IMG/VR virus record: IMGVR_UViG_3300020171_000017
Location: 48,685-112,684 of that record
Length of the DNA stretch: 64,000 bases
Reading direction: 5' to 3' (one strand)
Source of the DNA: a virus
Lineage: Duplodnaviria > Heunggongvirae > Uroviricota > Caudoviricetes
Position 1 is the stretch's first letter. Each line of letters starts with the position of its first letter. The position numbers were made by a program, and so were the translations under genes. The notes beneath the pieces were generated by a model. The model ran no database searches, had not been told where the DNA came from, and worked only from the letters and a program-made list of their open reading frames with translations. Positions 45,910-56,055 of this stretch are shown piece by piece.

Positions 45910-46971
45910 TTAAAAGATCTTATCAACTAATGAAACTAGATACGGTAAATCCATTACCCAATTCTCATTTTTAGCCTGTTCTTGCTGAAGATAATCAATA
46001 ATCATTCTGAAATATGCCTGGTCTACTCCCGTTAATTGATCCTCCAGCGTCGGGATATCACTTAAATCTAATTTCGAAATCTGAAAGCACATCTTAAGTA
46101 TTTGACCTGCGTCACAACTCCAGCCGCGTTTAATAAACTTACGCATACGAATTAATGAACAAAGCGGATATCGCGACCCCATGTAAAAAAGTTGTTTTGT
46201 TAGTAGACTTTCTAATGCTTCGGCATGCAACACTAACTCCTTATTGCTAGATTTCCAATAATTCGTGCAATGCACGTAATCATAGTTTCGATGGATTTCT
46301 TCAGCATCGCCATAGAATCTAATAATTAATTGCGCTTTATCACTCAGAGTGATTGCATTATCTGTCAAATAAATTGGCCTAAATCTTCCTTGTTCTGTGC
46401 CATGACCATGCAGGTTACCGATAGATTTAGCGTCAACTTCATCGGCTTTAGTTAATACTTCAGTTGGATTTGCATTAGATTTCTCTATATAATCTTCTTC
46501 ATCTTCCGAAAGTTGTATAGTGCTTTTATCATCGCCTGCCACGCCAGCAGATTGAATTCTTATTCTAACTCTATTTTTTAGGTTTACTTCTTCTGCTTCA
46601 GTAACTTCAGCAATTTTACCATCTTCACTATGCATGTTTTCTGTAGTTATTATAACTTCAGGCTTAACTTTACAATCAGTATGTTCTTTTATAAATTGAT
46701 TCACATAATAATATGCTACCGCTTTACAGGTCTCGAAATTAGTGAAATAAAAATCAAAATCTTTGATCTCTTCTTTTAGAAGTATACTCGCAATCGCACC
46801 GCCTGTAATAATACTATTTTTTTGTACCAATTCCTTTACTTTTTCATCTGTTATGCTATCAACTAATGCTTTGTGTTTTGCATTTAATATTAATTTCATC
46901 ACTCTTTTACTCATTTTTTTCTCCTTTTTAGAATCTTGGGCCGTCCGTGCCTCTCGTTTTATATTTCTCAA
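45910..46971 (-). CDS. nucleotidyltransferase-fold protein (Pol-beta-like GG...D-x-D)
   Basis: IITGGAIASILLKEEIKDFDFYF motif; 353 aa. Confidence 0.4.
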   Translation of the reverse strand: MRNIKREARTAQDSKKEKKMSKRVMKLILNAKHKALVDSITDEKVKELVQKNSIITGGAIASILLKEEIKDFDFYFTNFETCKAVAYYYVNQFIKEHTDCKVKPEVIITTENMHSEDGKIAEVTEAEEVNLKNRVRIRIQSAGVAGDDKSTIQLSEDEEDYIEKSNANPTEVLTKADEVDAKSIGNLHGHGTEQGRFRPIYLTDNAITLSDKAQLIIRFYGDAEEIHRNYDYVHCTNYWKSSNKELVLHAEALESLLTKQLFYMGSRYPLCSLIRMRKFIKRGWSCDAGQILKMCFQISKLDLSDIPTLEDQLTGVDQAYFRMIIDYLQQEQAKNENWVMDLPYLVSLVDKIF

Positions 46972-47230
46972 TTTTCTTAATCTTTAATTCCTTTAATTTT
47001 TTTATTTCACTCTCATCACGCATCCTTTCCAAAAAACCATTTTCTTTGAGCAAATCTATCACCGTTAATATATCTGCCAATTCATGCACTAACCTGTCTT
47101 TATTTTGAACTTTATACAAATCATCCGGATGCCAATCTTCTGGTCCAAATCTGAAAATTTTAGATACGATTTGAATTACCTCGGCACATTCTTCTTGCAA
47201 AATAGTTAAATATAGTTGTGTCTCATCCAT
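46928..47230 (-). CDS. MazG-like nucleotide pyrophosphohydrolase
   Basis: LQEECAEVIQ ... ELADIL EExxE/D motifs; 100 aa. Confidence 0.55.
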   Translation of the reverse strand: MDETQLYLTILQEECAEVIQIVSKIFRFGPEDWHPDDLYKVQNKDRLVHELADILTVIDLLKENGFLERMRDESEIKKLKELKIKKIEKYKTRGTDGPRF

Positions 47231-47232
47231 AT

Positions 47233-47469
47233 TTATCCTTTAAAATTTTCCTTCAACCATTTATTTATCTTTATGCCTGTAATTTGTTGTTCGACAGTAT
47301 CATTGCTATTTAATATTAATAAAGTTGGCACACTCATAACTCCATACTTACTTGCTAATTGTCCATCCTTATCAACATCAACCACGCCAATTTCTTCATG
47401 CCGCATAATCTTCGGTTTAATCGCCTGGCACGGCGCGCAATTCTTTGATGTAAAATATAAATATCGCAT
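47233..47469 (-). CDS. thioredoxin/glutaredoxin-like protein
   Basis: CAPC active-site motif near N-terminus; 78 aa. Confidence 0.6.
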   Translation of the reverse strand: MRYLYFTSKNCAPCQAIKPKIMRHEEIGVVDVDKDGQLASKYGVMSVPTLLILNSNDTVEQQITGIKINKWLKENFKG

Positions 47470-47481
47470 AATTTAGTCTCC

Positions 47482-47673
47482 TTAATTATCAATTGGTTCT
47501 AATTCCCATTCATAAAAATACACTTCTTGCGGTTTGCATTCCCAAAAATATCGCACTTCGTATTTGATGCCTTTAATTGTGATCCAAATCCCTACCACTA
47601 TGCCTTCTAAATTTTTATGCAATAAAGGTAATTTAACTATCTGTTCAAGAGAAAATTTGGTTTCTATATTCAT
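47482..47673 (-). CDS. hypothetical protein (63 aa)
   Basis: small ORF. Confidence 0.3.
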   Translation of the reverse strand: MNIETKFSLEQIVKLPLLHKNLEGIVVGIWITIKGIKYEVRYFWECKPQEVYFYEWELEPIDN

Positions 47674-47757
47674 GTTTTTTTTCTCCCTTAAAATAATATA
47701 TCCGCAAACATTTCTTTAAATTCTGTTTTATAGGGACCGCCTTTTTGTTTTTCATTT

Positions 47758-48600
47758 TTAAAATAATTCCACTTCTTTCTCAACCTTAAAATCAAAATTC
47801 GTAACCAATATTTCTTGTGTTATGTTTTTTGTATCTTTTGAATAACCACCAACCTTAGCATTATAGTTTTTATTTATTTGTATTAAATTATATTTATTCG
47901 CAAAAGTTTTTAATGCTTCATTTATTTCACCATTTTTATTTATAATATTAGATAATGCCCATTTACATTCTAAAGTTTTTAACCAATCAAGAAATTTCCG
48001 TTCTTCTTTAATATCCCATTCTTTCGCATGGTAACAATCATTTGACAGCAAATACGGCGGATCACAATACACAAATGTATTTTCTATACCTACTATTTTA
48101 TCATAACTTCTCGCATAAATATTAAAGTTTATATTGTTAAGTTTATCCCTTAATTCGTTAGTTAAATATTTTAATGGCTGTGCCTTACGTTTTCCCCAAG
48201 TTTGGTTAAATTCATTAGATTGATTAAACCGCGCTAAATTGTTTGTACATGCCCCTAATAACACAAATAATAATACCGATTTTAATATCGATTTCTCGCA
48301 ATCGTTATATCTCTGCCGTAATTTATTGTATTCCACCTGATTGGTCTTAATCAAATCTAAATCTATTGCAGCCAATATCTCATTAAATTTATCCCAATCG
48401 TTCTTTAAGTATAAGAAAAGGCCTATTACTGCTTCATTCTTATCCGAAATCTCATAATGTACGGCTTTAGTATTTAAACTAAATACCGCGGAACCGCAAA
48501 ACGGCTCGATTATTCTGTCACATTTAGAAGTAATATAGGCATCTTGTATGATAGGTAATAAATCTTTCTTATTGCCTGCCCACTTAAAAGGGTAGATCAT
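47758..48600 (-). CDS. dam: DNA adenine methyltransferase (Dam family)
   Basis: PFKWAGNKKDLLPII, EPFCGSAVF, VYCDPPY motifs. Confidence 0.8.
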   Translation of the reverse strand: MIYPFKWAGNKKDLLPIIQDAYITSKCDRIIEPFCGSAVFSLNTKAVHYEISDKNEAVIGLFLYLKNDWDKFNEILAAIDLDLIKTNQVEYNKLRQRYNDCEKSILKSVLLFVLLGACTNNLARFNQSNEFNQTWGKRKAQPLKYLTNELRDKLNNINFNIYARSYDKIVGIENTFVYCDPPYLLSNDCYHAKEWDIKEERKFLDWLKTLECKWALSNIINKNGEINEALKTFANKYNLIQINKNYNAKVGGYSKDTKNITQEILVTNFDFKVEKEVELF

Positions 48601-48779
48601 CGGTTAACCACCTTAATTTGCCTTAAATTTAAGCCGCAATTGGCACAAAACTGCCAGTTTAAGCCTGTTGCCTGCTTGCATATAGTACATAGCCGTAACG
48701 CTTGATCTTGCACACTGCCACACTGATGGCAGAAATTCGCGGTATCGGCTAGATTGTAGGTGCAATTGGCGCAGGTCAT
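48597..48779 (-). CDS. double zinc-ribbon protein (60 aa)
   Basis: CANC...CHQCG...CTICK...CANCG. Confidence 0.4.
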   Translation of the reverse strand: MTCANCTYNLADTANFCHQCGSVQDQALRLCTICKQATGLNWQFCANCGLNLRQIKVVNR

Positions 48780-48784
48780 AAAAA

Positions 48785-49513
48785 TTAACTACCTATCTTA
48801 AATTCTGGTTCACTCCAATCAGTTTCCCAATCAAGTGGTTCTGAAAGTGCAAAAATTTGGCAAAATTCGTTATAATATGCTTCTGCAATCTTATTATTTT
48901 TAATCAAAACAACATTTTCAAGACTGTTTTCAGCATTTTTTGTTAAATTATATGAACCCGTCCAAACTTCTTGATAATTAATTATTGGCTCAATAAAATT
49001 ATCGCCTATTTGTTTACCTTCAATATAATTACTAAACACTAAAAATTTATTATGCATTCTTGGAAATGCAGGTTTCTTATCCCTATTGTAGTTGCCTATG
49101 CAACGAATAGCAGCATTATTACCTGTATCTAACATATATGATAATTCACTTAATAATCCACCATATCCATCTAACCTAAAAAATACAGATAATCCATTAT
49201 ATGCTTTTCTTAAATCATTTTTCCAACTGTTACCAGCATTCAAATCAGACCGCAAAAAATCTTCTTTCTGAACTATAATGCTGATATGTTCAACTTTCGA
49301 AAATGCTTTAATAATCTCAAAATCTGTCAGCCAGGCGATACAACCTACTATATAATTATATTGACTAATTTTCTGAAGAAGCAATTCTTTATGCCCCCTG
49401 AAAATAATCGAAACATTTGCATTAATATCCCTAATAGAATTGTCTATTAATTTTCTATTTGGTCCTTCTCCATTCACTATTTTTGCTCGATTCAAATCAA
49501 CATTTTTTGACAT
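48785..49513 (-). CDS. PLD-family (HKD) nuclease
   Basis: RMHNKFLVFSN ... WTGSYNLT (HxK...GSxN). Confidence 0.55.
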   Translation of the reverse strand: MSKNVDLNRAKIVNGEGPNRKLIDNSIRDINANVSIIFRGHKELLLQKISQYNYIVGCIAWLTDFEIIKAFSKVEHISIIVQKEDFLRSDLNAGNSWKNDLRKAYNGLSVFFRLDGYGGLLSELSYMLDTGNNAAIRCIGNYNRDKKPAFPRMHNKFLVFSNYIEGKQIGDNFIEPIINYQEVWTGSYNLTKNAENSLENVVLIKNNKIAEAYYNEFCQIFALSEPLDWETDWSEPEFKIGS

Positions 49514-49640
49514 TTTTTATCTCACTTTTTATACTCATTTTACATATTTCTGTAAATATATATATCTGTATTTCTCATTTTTGTTAATAACTCTGTTGAT
49601 AACCACTATAATTATATGAAACTACATAAGAAAACTACTA

Positions 49641-49812
49641 TTGCTATCTAATCTTCTATATAGAAGATTGAATCTGCGCGGTTCTCACTGCCCCCAAAAT
49701 TCCTGACACCACTTTTTTTTTTTTTCAGCCAATTTTTTTTTTCAGCCACAACTTTTTGGGAGAAGTGATCAGACCCCGCAGATTCAATCTTCTATATAGA
49801 AGATTGAATCGA
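49641..49812. repeat. long inverted repeat with poly-T core (candidate origin / regulatory element)
   Basis: TCTTCTATATAGAAGATTGAATCTGCGCGG ... CCGCAGATTCAATCTTCTATATAGAAGATTGAATC; arms include palindrome TCTTCTATATAGAAGA; spacer has T13, T9 and 2x TTCAGCCA. Confidence 0.55.
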
Positions 49813-49969
49813 ATTATATAATAACTATTTGCAATTAAATTATTTAACATAGATATTAACAGGATTATTAACTTTTTCGCTTTTTGTCTAAATTTATGGA
49901 TATAACCATTTTTATTTTTTCGCTCATTCTTATAATTTAACACAGTTATCTTCCTATTCACTTATATTG

Positions 49970-50716
49970 CTATTCTATTATCACTAATCCACACAATTTA
50001 TTGATAGAATCCAGGTATATTTTTATCTCATTTATATCATCTTTAGTCAATCTAAACCATTCACCTTTAACTCTTTTATCTTTATATTTATTATGTAATA
50101 TTTTTTCTATCTTAAAAGGATTTTTAAGTCTAATTGAATAGCACAAATTTATGTCTTCTGCCAATAAATAATTTAACATTTTCATTCGTGTATTTAAATC
50201 TTTTGAAGCGCCTATTTTTATGTTACCGCTCATTTCTAATAGATATAAATAACCTATATCATCAAAAATATTGGCGTTATTTTTTTGTTTAGGGTCTTTT
50301 ATAGCATTTAAATATTCTCTGTTTTGTTCTATTATAGATAAACCATGCTTTTTTTTGAATAAAATAGGACAATGAAAATCACTTTTTAGAAAAAAAAGAG
50401 TCGTTTCTAAATCTTCATTTTTAATAAAATAATAACAAATTTCATTAGTTTGTTGATCCCTCTTCCTTCGGCATAAACCTATCTTTCTAAAGGTATTTAT
50501 ATACCTTAAAAAAGTACTCTTTGTCATATATCCAATCTTTTCTTTTACAGTTATAAAAGAAAGTTTTTTATCTTTTATAAGCAGATCCAACACTTTTGAT
50601 AATTGTTTTATAAAATGCCCTTTTTGCCGAGAATGCGCGAAATTTGAAACCATTTCTTTTATAGCATCAGGTATACAACACTTTTTCTCTATTTTATCCT
50701 TCTTTAAGGTCATCAT
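49970..50716 (-). CDS. T5orf172/MUG113 (GIY-YIG-like) domain protein with N-terminal DNA-binding region
   Basis: YLYLLEMSGNIKIGASKDLNTRMKMLN C-terminal motif. Confidence 0.45.
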   Translation of the reverse strand: MMTLKKDKIEKKCCIPDAIKEMVSNFAHSRQKGHFIKQLSKVLDLLIKDKKLSFITVKEKIGYMTKSTFLRYINTFRKIGLCRRKRDQQTNEICYYFIKNEDLETTLFFLKSDFHCPILFKKKHGLSIIEQNREYLNAIKDPKQKNNANIFDDIGYLYLLEMSGNIKIGASKDLNTRMKMLNYLLAEDINLCYSIRLKNPFKIEKILHNKYKDKRVKGEWFRLTKDDINEIKIYLDSINKLCGLVIIE

Positions 50717-53700
50717 CTATATCTATAAGATTTTCTATCTTTTTATTAATATTAAAAGTAATTTCAGTCTCTTTATTATCTTTAACCTTATTAAACTCTA
50801 CTTTTTTATTTTCTGTTATAGAAGCCCCTTCAGCAAATCGTTTAAAAAAAGATACGCCAGCAGCAGATAATCTAAACCCTTTTGCTACTGTTTTAATTAA
50901 ATTATGAGCATAAAACATCTTTAAAATATTTTTAACATCTTCTCTATCATAACCGAGTATTTCTTCTAAAATATTTTTACCAAAAATAGGTGTTTTTACT
51001 AATGTTTCTGCAAGCATTTGATTATCACTGATAGTTAGCATCATTTTATATGCGTTATCATATTCAGTTTCCATTAAAGCAGTTTTTTGTGTTTTGCTAA
51101 AATTAAAATAATCTAAAGAATGACTATCATATTGGCTTTCTAAAAACCATTTTACAAATTCAACATGTTCTTTATTTACATGAACTATATTAAAATCTTC
51201 TTCGGTTGAAAAAAGCCTGACTGCCGTAGCCACACTTAATCTAGCAATTTTATTTCTTTGATCTGCCGGCTCTACTAAAGGTATTAAAGAACTATACTTT
51301 TGTGACATTAATTTAGAAGCTTCAAGAATCTCTTTCTCTGCCTCTTCTGTAATATGAATTTGATCTGCTTTTCTAGTCCAAGCCCAAAGAATAAGGTTTT
51401 TACATGCTGTTGAAATATAAACATGTTCTACCTTTTCTTTATCAGAAATTAATTGATGAATAACATCATTTCCAACATCACCAGATTTAACAGCTATAGC
51501 TAAATCAAACCTTCTAATATCTTCTGAACGTTTAAAAATTTCGGTTATTGCTTTAACTGGATAAGGATATTCGCTAAGTGGATGCCCTGATTTTGTATTA
51601 CTCATCCAAATTATTCTTGTTCTTGCATGAGTTTTTGCTGGCATAGGCCCATTTATAGCATCTGCAACTCCTTCCGAACGCATATCTGTTAATTTTGAAA
51701 GTTCTTCTGGATCTATCCCGCTGGCTTCATCAATAATTACAAGCCTTCTATCATTCCTCGGTATTGTACCAAAAGAAACTGACCATCTTTCACCTATTTT
51801 ATGCCAAGTAAATGCTAACCCTGTTCTACGCGCACCTTCACCATTAATACGATAACCAAAATTATAATGCCGACAAATCCTCTCTATACCAACGCTTTTT
51901 CCCTGTCCAGAATCCCCTAATACAAACAATTCAGTCCAACCACGCTTTAAAAATTCTTTCTGAAAATAAAAATTTAATACTGAATGATATACAAGATCAA
52001 TCGCAATAAATAATGGCGTTCTTTGCCAAATATGATGTACGTTAAATTCAAAATCTTTATGAATTTCAAAAAATTTCTCTTTTACAGATTGATTTTGTTT
52101 TTTTTTGAATATTGAGAGTTCTTTGGCCTTTCTTTCATCAAATTTAAAACTATTTAAAGAAGTTTCCGCAGAACTGTAATCAGAAAATAGATGTATTGCC
52201 TGCTGTGTTTTAGGCGCCGGATATGTATAACAAGATATTTCTAATTCTTGGTTTATAGGCATACCATGCCCGATATAATACGCTTTTCTCGTAACAAAGT
52301 CATCATTGCCTTCAGTATAAGAAATTTGACTATCAAGCTCTGGTGTTAATTCTAATTCTTCTAAATTACCTTCTTCTAACGTAGATACGGTTATTTTAGC
52401 GCAATTTTTCTCTCCAAACATTTGTTTTAAAGCTTGATTTTTTTGTGTTTCAGAACATTGTATGCATTGTAAAAGTATCGGGTGCCTTTCTGTTAAAACA
52501 ACTTCAAACCTCCCGCCATGTTTTATTAATTTACAATTGTTACATTTATTGCCTTCTTTATCTAATTCTGGTTTACATAATAATTGTATTCTTTTTGGAA
52601 TTATATACGGCAAAGTATCTTTGCCTGTCACTAATACTTTAGTTTTTAATTTTTTACCTCTGTAAATAGCATCAGAAGCTTCAGCTAAATGCACAATAAT
52701 TTCTCGTTCAGGTTTTTGATCTTCTTCATTAGCAATTGCACATTGTTCAAATTCACATTTTATTTCATCACTTAAACTACGCATAACAGAACAAATAAAA
52801 TGATAATTTTCGTTTGAAAGTATTGCCCTTATACAACCGATAGTAGATGCTTTCAATTTACGTTCATCATGCGTACTGGTAAAATTCTTTGGAGTACGCT
52901 GCGCCCAAGGTATTAAAAGCGCCTCTATCTCTATTTCAGAGAAACCTTGATCTTTAAAATAACACGCCAATACCATTGTTGCTAAATTACGCGAACCGGA
53001 TTTTTTAATATGATTTTCTAATAAATCTTTAACACATACTGCCATTTCACCTGATTTTTGAATTAAATTTATCGGTTTTAATTTCTCAATTCTTTCTTGC
53101 CCTTTAAATACATCAACGAAATGTTTATAGAATATCGACGCTGGTTCTACAATAGCTACATCACGTAAATCTTCATCTTGCCATAACTGGCCGCGAGGTT
53201 CTTTTGCTAGTTTGGTAATTTCATCAGCGCTTTTATTAAGATCATCATGATATAATTCAATTTTAAATAAACCTGTACTTTGATGTATTGAATCAAGTAA
53301 TCTTAATTGCCTGGGTTTAGAATAAATTGAAGCTGAATCTAGTGTTTTTAATTCTAAATACGATTCTAAATATAATGCTATTAATTTAAATATATGATTG
53401 AGTTTTAATTCTGGAGAAATATCTAAAGTGCTAGGGTGCACTATTATATGGAAACCTTTCTTACCACTAAAAAAAAGCCTTACATGCGATTGGTGTATAC
53501 AAAGACCTTTAACAAAAAAATCAATTATTTTTCGGGCGTCTTCTTTAACAAAATCTAAAAGAAGTTTATCTTGTGTGTCTAAATCAAAATATAACGGGCC
53601 ATATATAAGTTCACTATCGTAATCTTTTGATTTATTAGGTGAAGCAAATTGTTGTATTGTTGCGAAAACATTGTAGTTTTCAGCTTTCTTTTTTAATATA

Positions 53701-53804
53701 TGTAAATCAGTTAGTTTATACCTTTTCCAAGGAGTACCTTTCTCACTGCCTTTTTTCTGATAATAACCATCTACATAAACAAATTGAGTTTCATAAGATT
53801 CCAT
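50694..53804 (-). CDS. primase-polymerase (AEP) / P-loop helicase fusion
   Basis: N-terminal AEP motifs YFDLD and SGKKGFHIIV; Walker A VLGDSGQGKS; 1036 aa. Confidence 0.6.
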   Translation of the reverse strand: MESYETQFVYVDGYYQKKGSEKGTPWKRYKLTDLHILKKKAENYNVFATIQQFASPNKSKDYDSELIYGPLYFDLDTQDKLLLDFVKEDARKIIDFFVKGLCIHQSHVRLFFSGKKGFHIIVHPSTLDISPELKLNHIFKLIALYLESYLELKTLDSASIYSKPRQLRLLDSIHQSTGLFKIELYHDDLNKSADEITKLAKEPRGQLWQDEDLRDVAIVEPASIFYKHFVDVFKGQERIEKLKPINLIQKSGEMAVCVKDLLENHIKKSGSRNLATMVLACYFKDQGFSEIEIEALLIPWAQRTPKNFTSTHDERKLKASTIGCIRAILSNENYHFICSVMRSLSDEIKCEFEQCAIANEEDQKPEREIIVHLAEASDAIYRGKKLKTKVLVTGKDTLPYIIPKRIQLLCKPELDKEGNKCNNCKLIKHGGRFEVVLTERHPILLQCIQCSETQKNQALKQMFGEKNCAKITVSTLEEGNLEELELTPELDSQISYTEGNDDFVTRKAYYIGHGMPINQELEISCYTYPAPKTQQAIHLFSDYSSAETSLNSFKFDERKAKELSIFKKKQNQSVKEKFFEIHKDFEFNVHHIWQRTPLFIAIDLVYHSVLNFYFQKEFLKRGWTELFVLGDSGQGKSVGIERICRHYNFGYRINGEGARRTGLAFTWHKIGERWSVSFGTIPRNDRRLVIIDEASGIDPEELSKLTDMRSEGVADAINGPMPAKTHARTRIIWMSNTKSGHPLSEYPYPVKAITEIFKRSEDIRRFDLAIAVKSGDVGNDVIHQLISDKEKVEHVYISTACKNLILWAWTRKADQIHITEEAEKEILEASKLMSQKYSSLIPLVEPADQRNKIARLSVATAVRLFSTEEDFNIVHVNKEHVEFVKWFLESQYDSHSLDYFNFSKTQKTALMETEYDNAYKMMLTISDNQMLAETLVKTPIFGKNILEEILGYDREDVKNILKMFYAHNLIKTVAKGFRLSAAGVSFFKRFAEGASITENKKVEFNKVKDNKETEITFNINKKIENLIDIDDDLKEG

Positions 53805-53821
53805 ATATGCCTCATTAGAAT

Positions 53822-54010
53822 TTAAATCGTGTTTTTCAATTTAATTTTATCGGGAATTTCTTTTATTTCTGATACAGAAAAAAGCTTACAGAGATATATT
53901 ATTCTTTTTAAAAGTATATCATCTTGCAATATTGGCTTACTTAATTGTTTTATTTGTTTAATCAATTCTTCTTTTGTAAGTGGCCTGCCTGATATAAGTG
54001 GCTTACTCAT
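53822..54010 (-). CDS. hypothetical protein (62 aa)
   Basis: small ORF. Confidence 0.3.
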   Translation of the reverse strand: MSKPLISGRPLTKEELIKQIKQLSKPILQDDILLKRIIYLCKLFSVSEIKEIPDKIKLKNTI

Positions 54011-54221
54011 TACCTTTTAATTCGCCGCACACCGTTAAATGATATTTTTCGTTTTCTTCTAAATCTGCAAAATTCTTTTTTAGGTATTTTTTAGACATAA
54101 AACAGGTTGTGGTTGGATTGAGTGACTGCAAATGCGTGAAAAATTCAATCGTGAATTCATTGCCAAAAAGCCGATTGTATTCGCCTGGCGGAAAGAAGGA
54201 TCTAGAAGTAGGCATTTTCAT
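54003..54221 (-). CDS. hypothetical protein (72 aa)
   Basis: small ORF. Confidence 0.3.
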   Translation of the reverse strand: MKMPTSRSFFPPGEYNRLFGNEFTIEFFTHLQSLNPTTTCFMSKKYLKKNFADLEENEKYHLTVCGELKGNE

Positions 54222-54230
54222 TTCTCCTTA

Positions 54231-54452
54231 TTATTTTAATGATTCTCTATATTTTATAATCAGATTTTTCCAAGTTTCTAAAGTAATAACATCTTTGTAA
54301 TCTATAATTAAATATGGGTCACCTGAACCAAATGATTTTACATTTGTTCTTATATTTATATTTGGGAAATAGTTTCTTGCAAAATCATTAAAAATCTTTT
54401 CATATTGAAATTTCACCTTTTCGTAATGCCTGTTTATCTTCTTCTGTGGCAT
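54231..54452 (-). CDS. hypothetical protein (73 aa)
   Basis: small ORF. Confidence 0.3.
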   Translation of the reverse strand: MPQKKINRHYEKVKFQYEKIFNDFARNYFPNINIRTNVKSFGSGDPYLIIDYKDVITLETWKNLIIKYRESLK

Positions 54453-54972
54453 ATGGAGAGGTTACTATTTCTTTACCTTGATAATATGTACCTTGTCCAA
54501 CATGCGCTCTTTTTGCCGCCTCTTTTTGAGTAGCAGAAACCGCTTCTAACGAATTCGTTAGAAGCGGTTTTCCACCATGCATTCCTTTACCACTAGTTGC
54601 CTGATTTTTCTTCGCTCTTTCCGCTATCAATGGCTCAATCAATACTTGCAATTCTATTCTTTGAAATGGTTGTAAATTCCGCTTACCAATTTGATTCTCA
54701 ATTATCCATATCTTCGCATCATCTCTTGATTCAATACTTTTAATATCAATTGTATCAAATTTAATATTATTCTTTTGACATATTTTATACCTATTATGAC
54801 CATCTAGTAATATATTTTCCCATAAAGATAATGGTTCACGACAACCATCTCTAATAATATTCTGTTCTAATTTACTATATTCTTCTTCTAAAAGATCAGG
54901 CATTATTTTACTAAATTCTTTATCAATTATTATTTCTTTCATTTTATCTCCATTCCAAAATTTAATTTCCAT
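54400..54972 (-). CDS. ParB-like nuclease domain protein
   Basis: EPLSLWENILLDGHNRYKI (DGHxR-type ParB N-terminal motif). Confidence 0.5.
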   Translation of the reverse strand: MEIKFWNGDKMKEIIIDKEFSKIMPDLLEEEYSKLEQNIIRDGCREPLSLWENILLDGHNRYKICQKNNIKFDTIDIKSIESRDDAKIWIIENQIGKRNLQPFQRIELQVLIEPLIAERAKKNQATSGKGMHGGKPLLTNSLEAVSATQKEAAKRAHVGQGTYYQGKEIVTSPYATEEDKQALRKGEISI

Positions 54973-55471
54973 TATATTTTAACTGGTTTTCTTCATAATC
55001 AATCACTTCAATGAAATCAATCAAATGCTTTTTTAATGTTGCGTTAGACACAGTCTTTTTCACTTTAATCACAATCGGCCAGCGACAAATCGCGTAATCC
55101 TCAGCATCGTTATTATGGCAAATGACAGAATTCTTCCATCCCTTAAATTCGCTGTCTTCAAATTCTTCTTTGCTGCCGATCATATATATAGCAATCCGTT
55201 CACCTTGACCAGCCAACGACCTTTGTTCAACTAATAGCATGTAAAGCTCAATCATCTCATCCCGAGATTTAAAACTACGGCAAGTAACTAAACCATTTTG
55301 ATTCTCTGCCGCAATGCCTGCCGCACATCGACTGCAAATATCGACTTCAGGCGCAGGCAACTCGACTTGATAATTATCACCACAATGCTCGCAAACCATT
55401 AAACTAGTATCTGCTTTACCTTTATATCCAGGACCTAAATTTTCTTTTGGCAATAATTTCATCATTTTCAT
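54962..55471 (-). CDS. Cys-rich hypothetical protein (169 aa)
   Basis: CEHCGD...CSRC. Confidence 0.4.
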   Translation of the reverse strand: MKMMKLLPKENLGPGYKGKADTSLMVCEHCGDNYQVELPAPEVDICSRCAAGIAAENQNGLVTCRSFKSRDEMIELYMLLVEQRSLAGQGERIAIYMIGSKEEFEDSEFKGWKNSVICHNNDAEDYAICRWPIVIKVKKTVSNATLKKHLIDFIEVIDYEENQLKYNGN

Positions 55472-56055
55472 TTCTCCTTTATTATTTCGTCCAATTCTTG
55501 TCTTATATCTTTACCATTTATATCATTTCCTATACAATCCCAACCCTCAGTTTTTTGACGGGCAAAAAGCTCTATGCGGGGTAAATCACCTACTAATTCT
55601 ATAATTTTATCTCTAACAATATCCGGTTTTTTTGAATGATTACTACGGGGTGCGAATACTAATTGTTTTATTGGATTTAATCTTTTAGGAAATTTTTTGT
55701 GTGTTGCTAATAAACATAATTCAGGATTCGCTAATGTCCAATGTCCTAAACCTGAATAAATTCCTTCACCTAGTGGATTTTGTTTAATCCAAGTAAATGC
55801 TACTGTTTTATAAATAAATCCCCAAGATTCTATGACTTTAAAAACTTCATTTAATTTTGGCATTGTAATCCATAAAAATAGAATACATGTTTTATCCGCT
55901 ATTTCTTTAACTGGTAATGCACAAATTTGTTCTAAAGACATCGGGGAATAGCATAAACTTCCACACTTACGTCGTAATTTTTCTGTTTTTAATTCTGTCC
56001 AAGTTTCGTACTTCCATGGCGGGTCGGCATAAATTATTTGATATTTCTTATTCAC
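55468..56055 (-). CDS. MT-A70-family N6-adenine DNA methyltransferase
   Basis: IIYADPPWKY (DPPW) motif near N-terminus. Confidence 0.65.
   Translation of the reverse strand: MNKKYQIIYADPPWKYETWTELKTEKLRRKCGSLCYSPMSLEQICALPVKEIADKTCILFLWITMPKLNEVFKVIESWGFIYKTVAFTWIKQNPLGEGIYSGLGHWTLANPELCLLATHKKFPKRLNPIKQLVFAPRSNHSKKPDIVRDKIIELVGDLPRIELFARQKTEGWDCIGNDINGKDIRQELDEIIKEK

Noticed and set aside
49725-49961. 78-aa minus-strand ORF
   Set aside because: Runs through the inverted-repeat/poly-T element; its poly-Lys stretch is just translated poly-A; more likely a non-coding regulatory region
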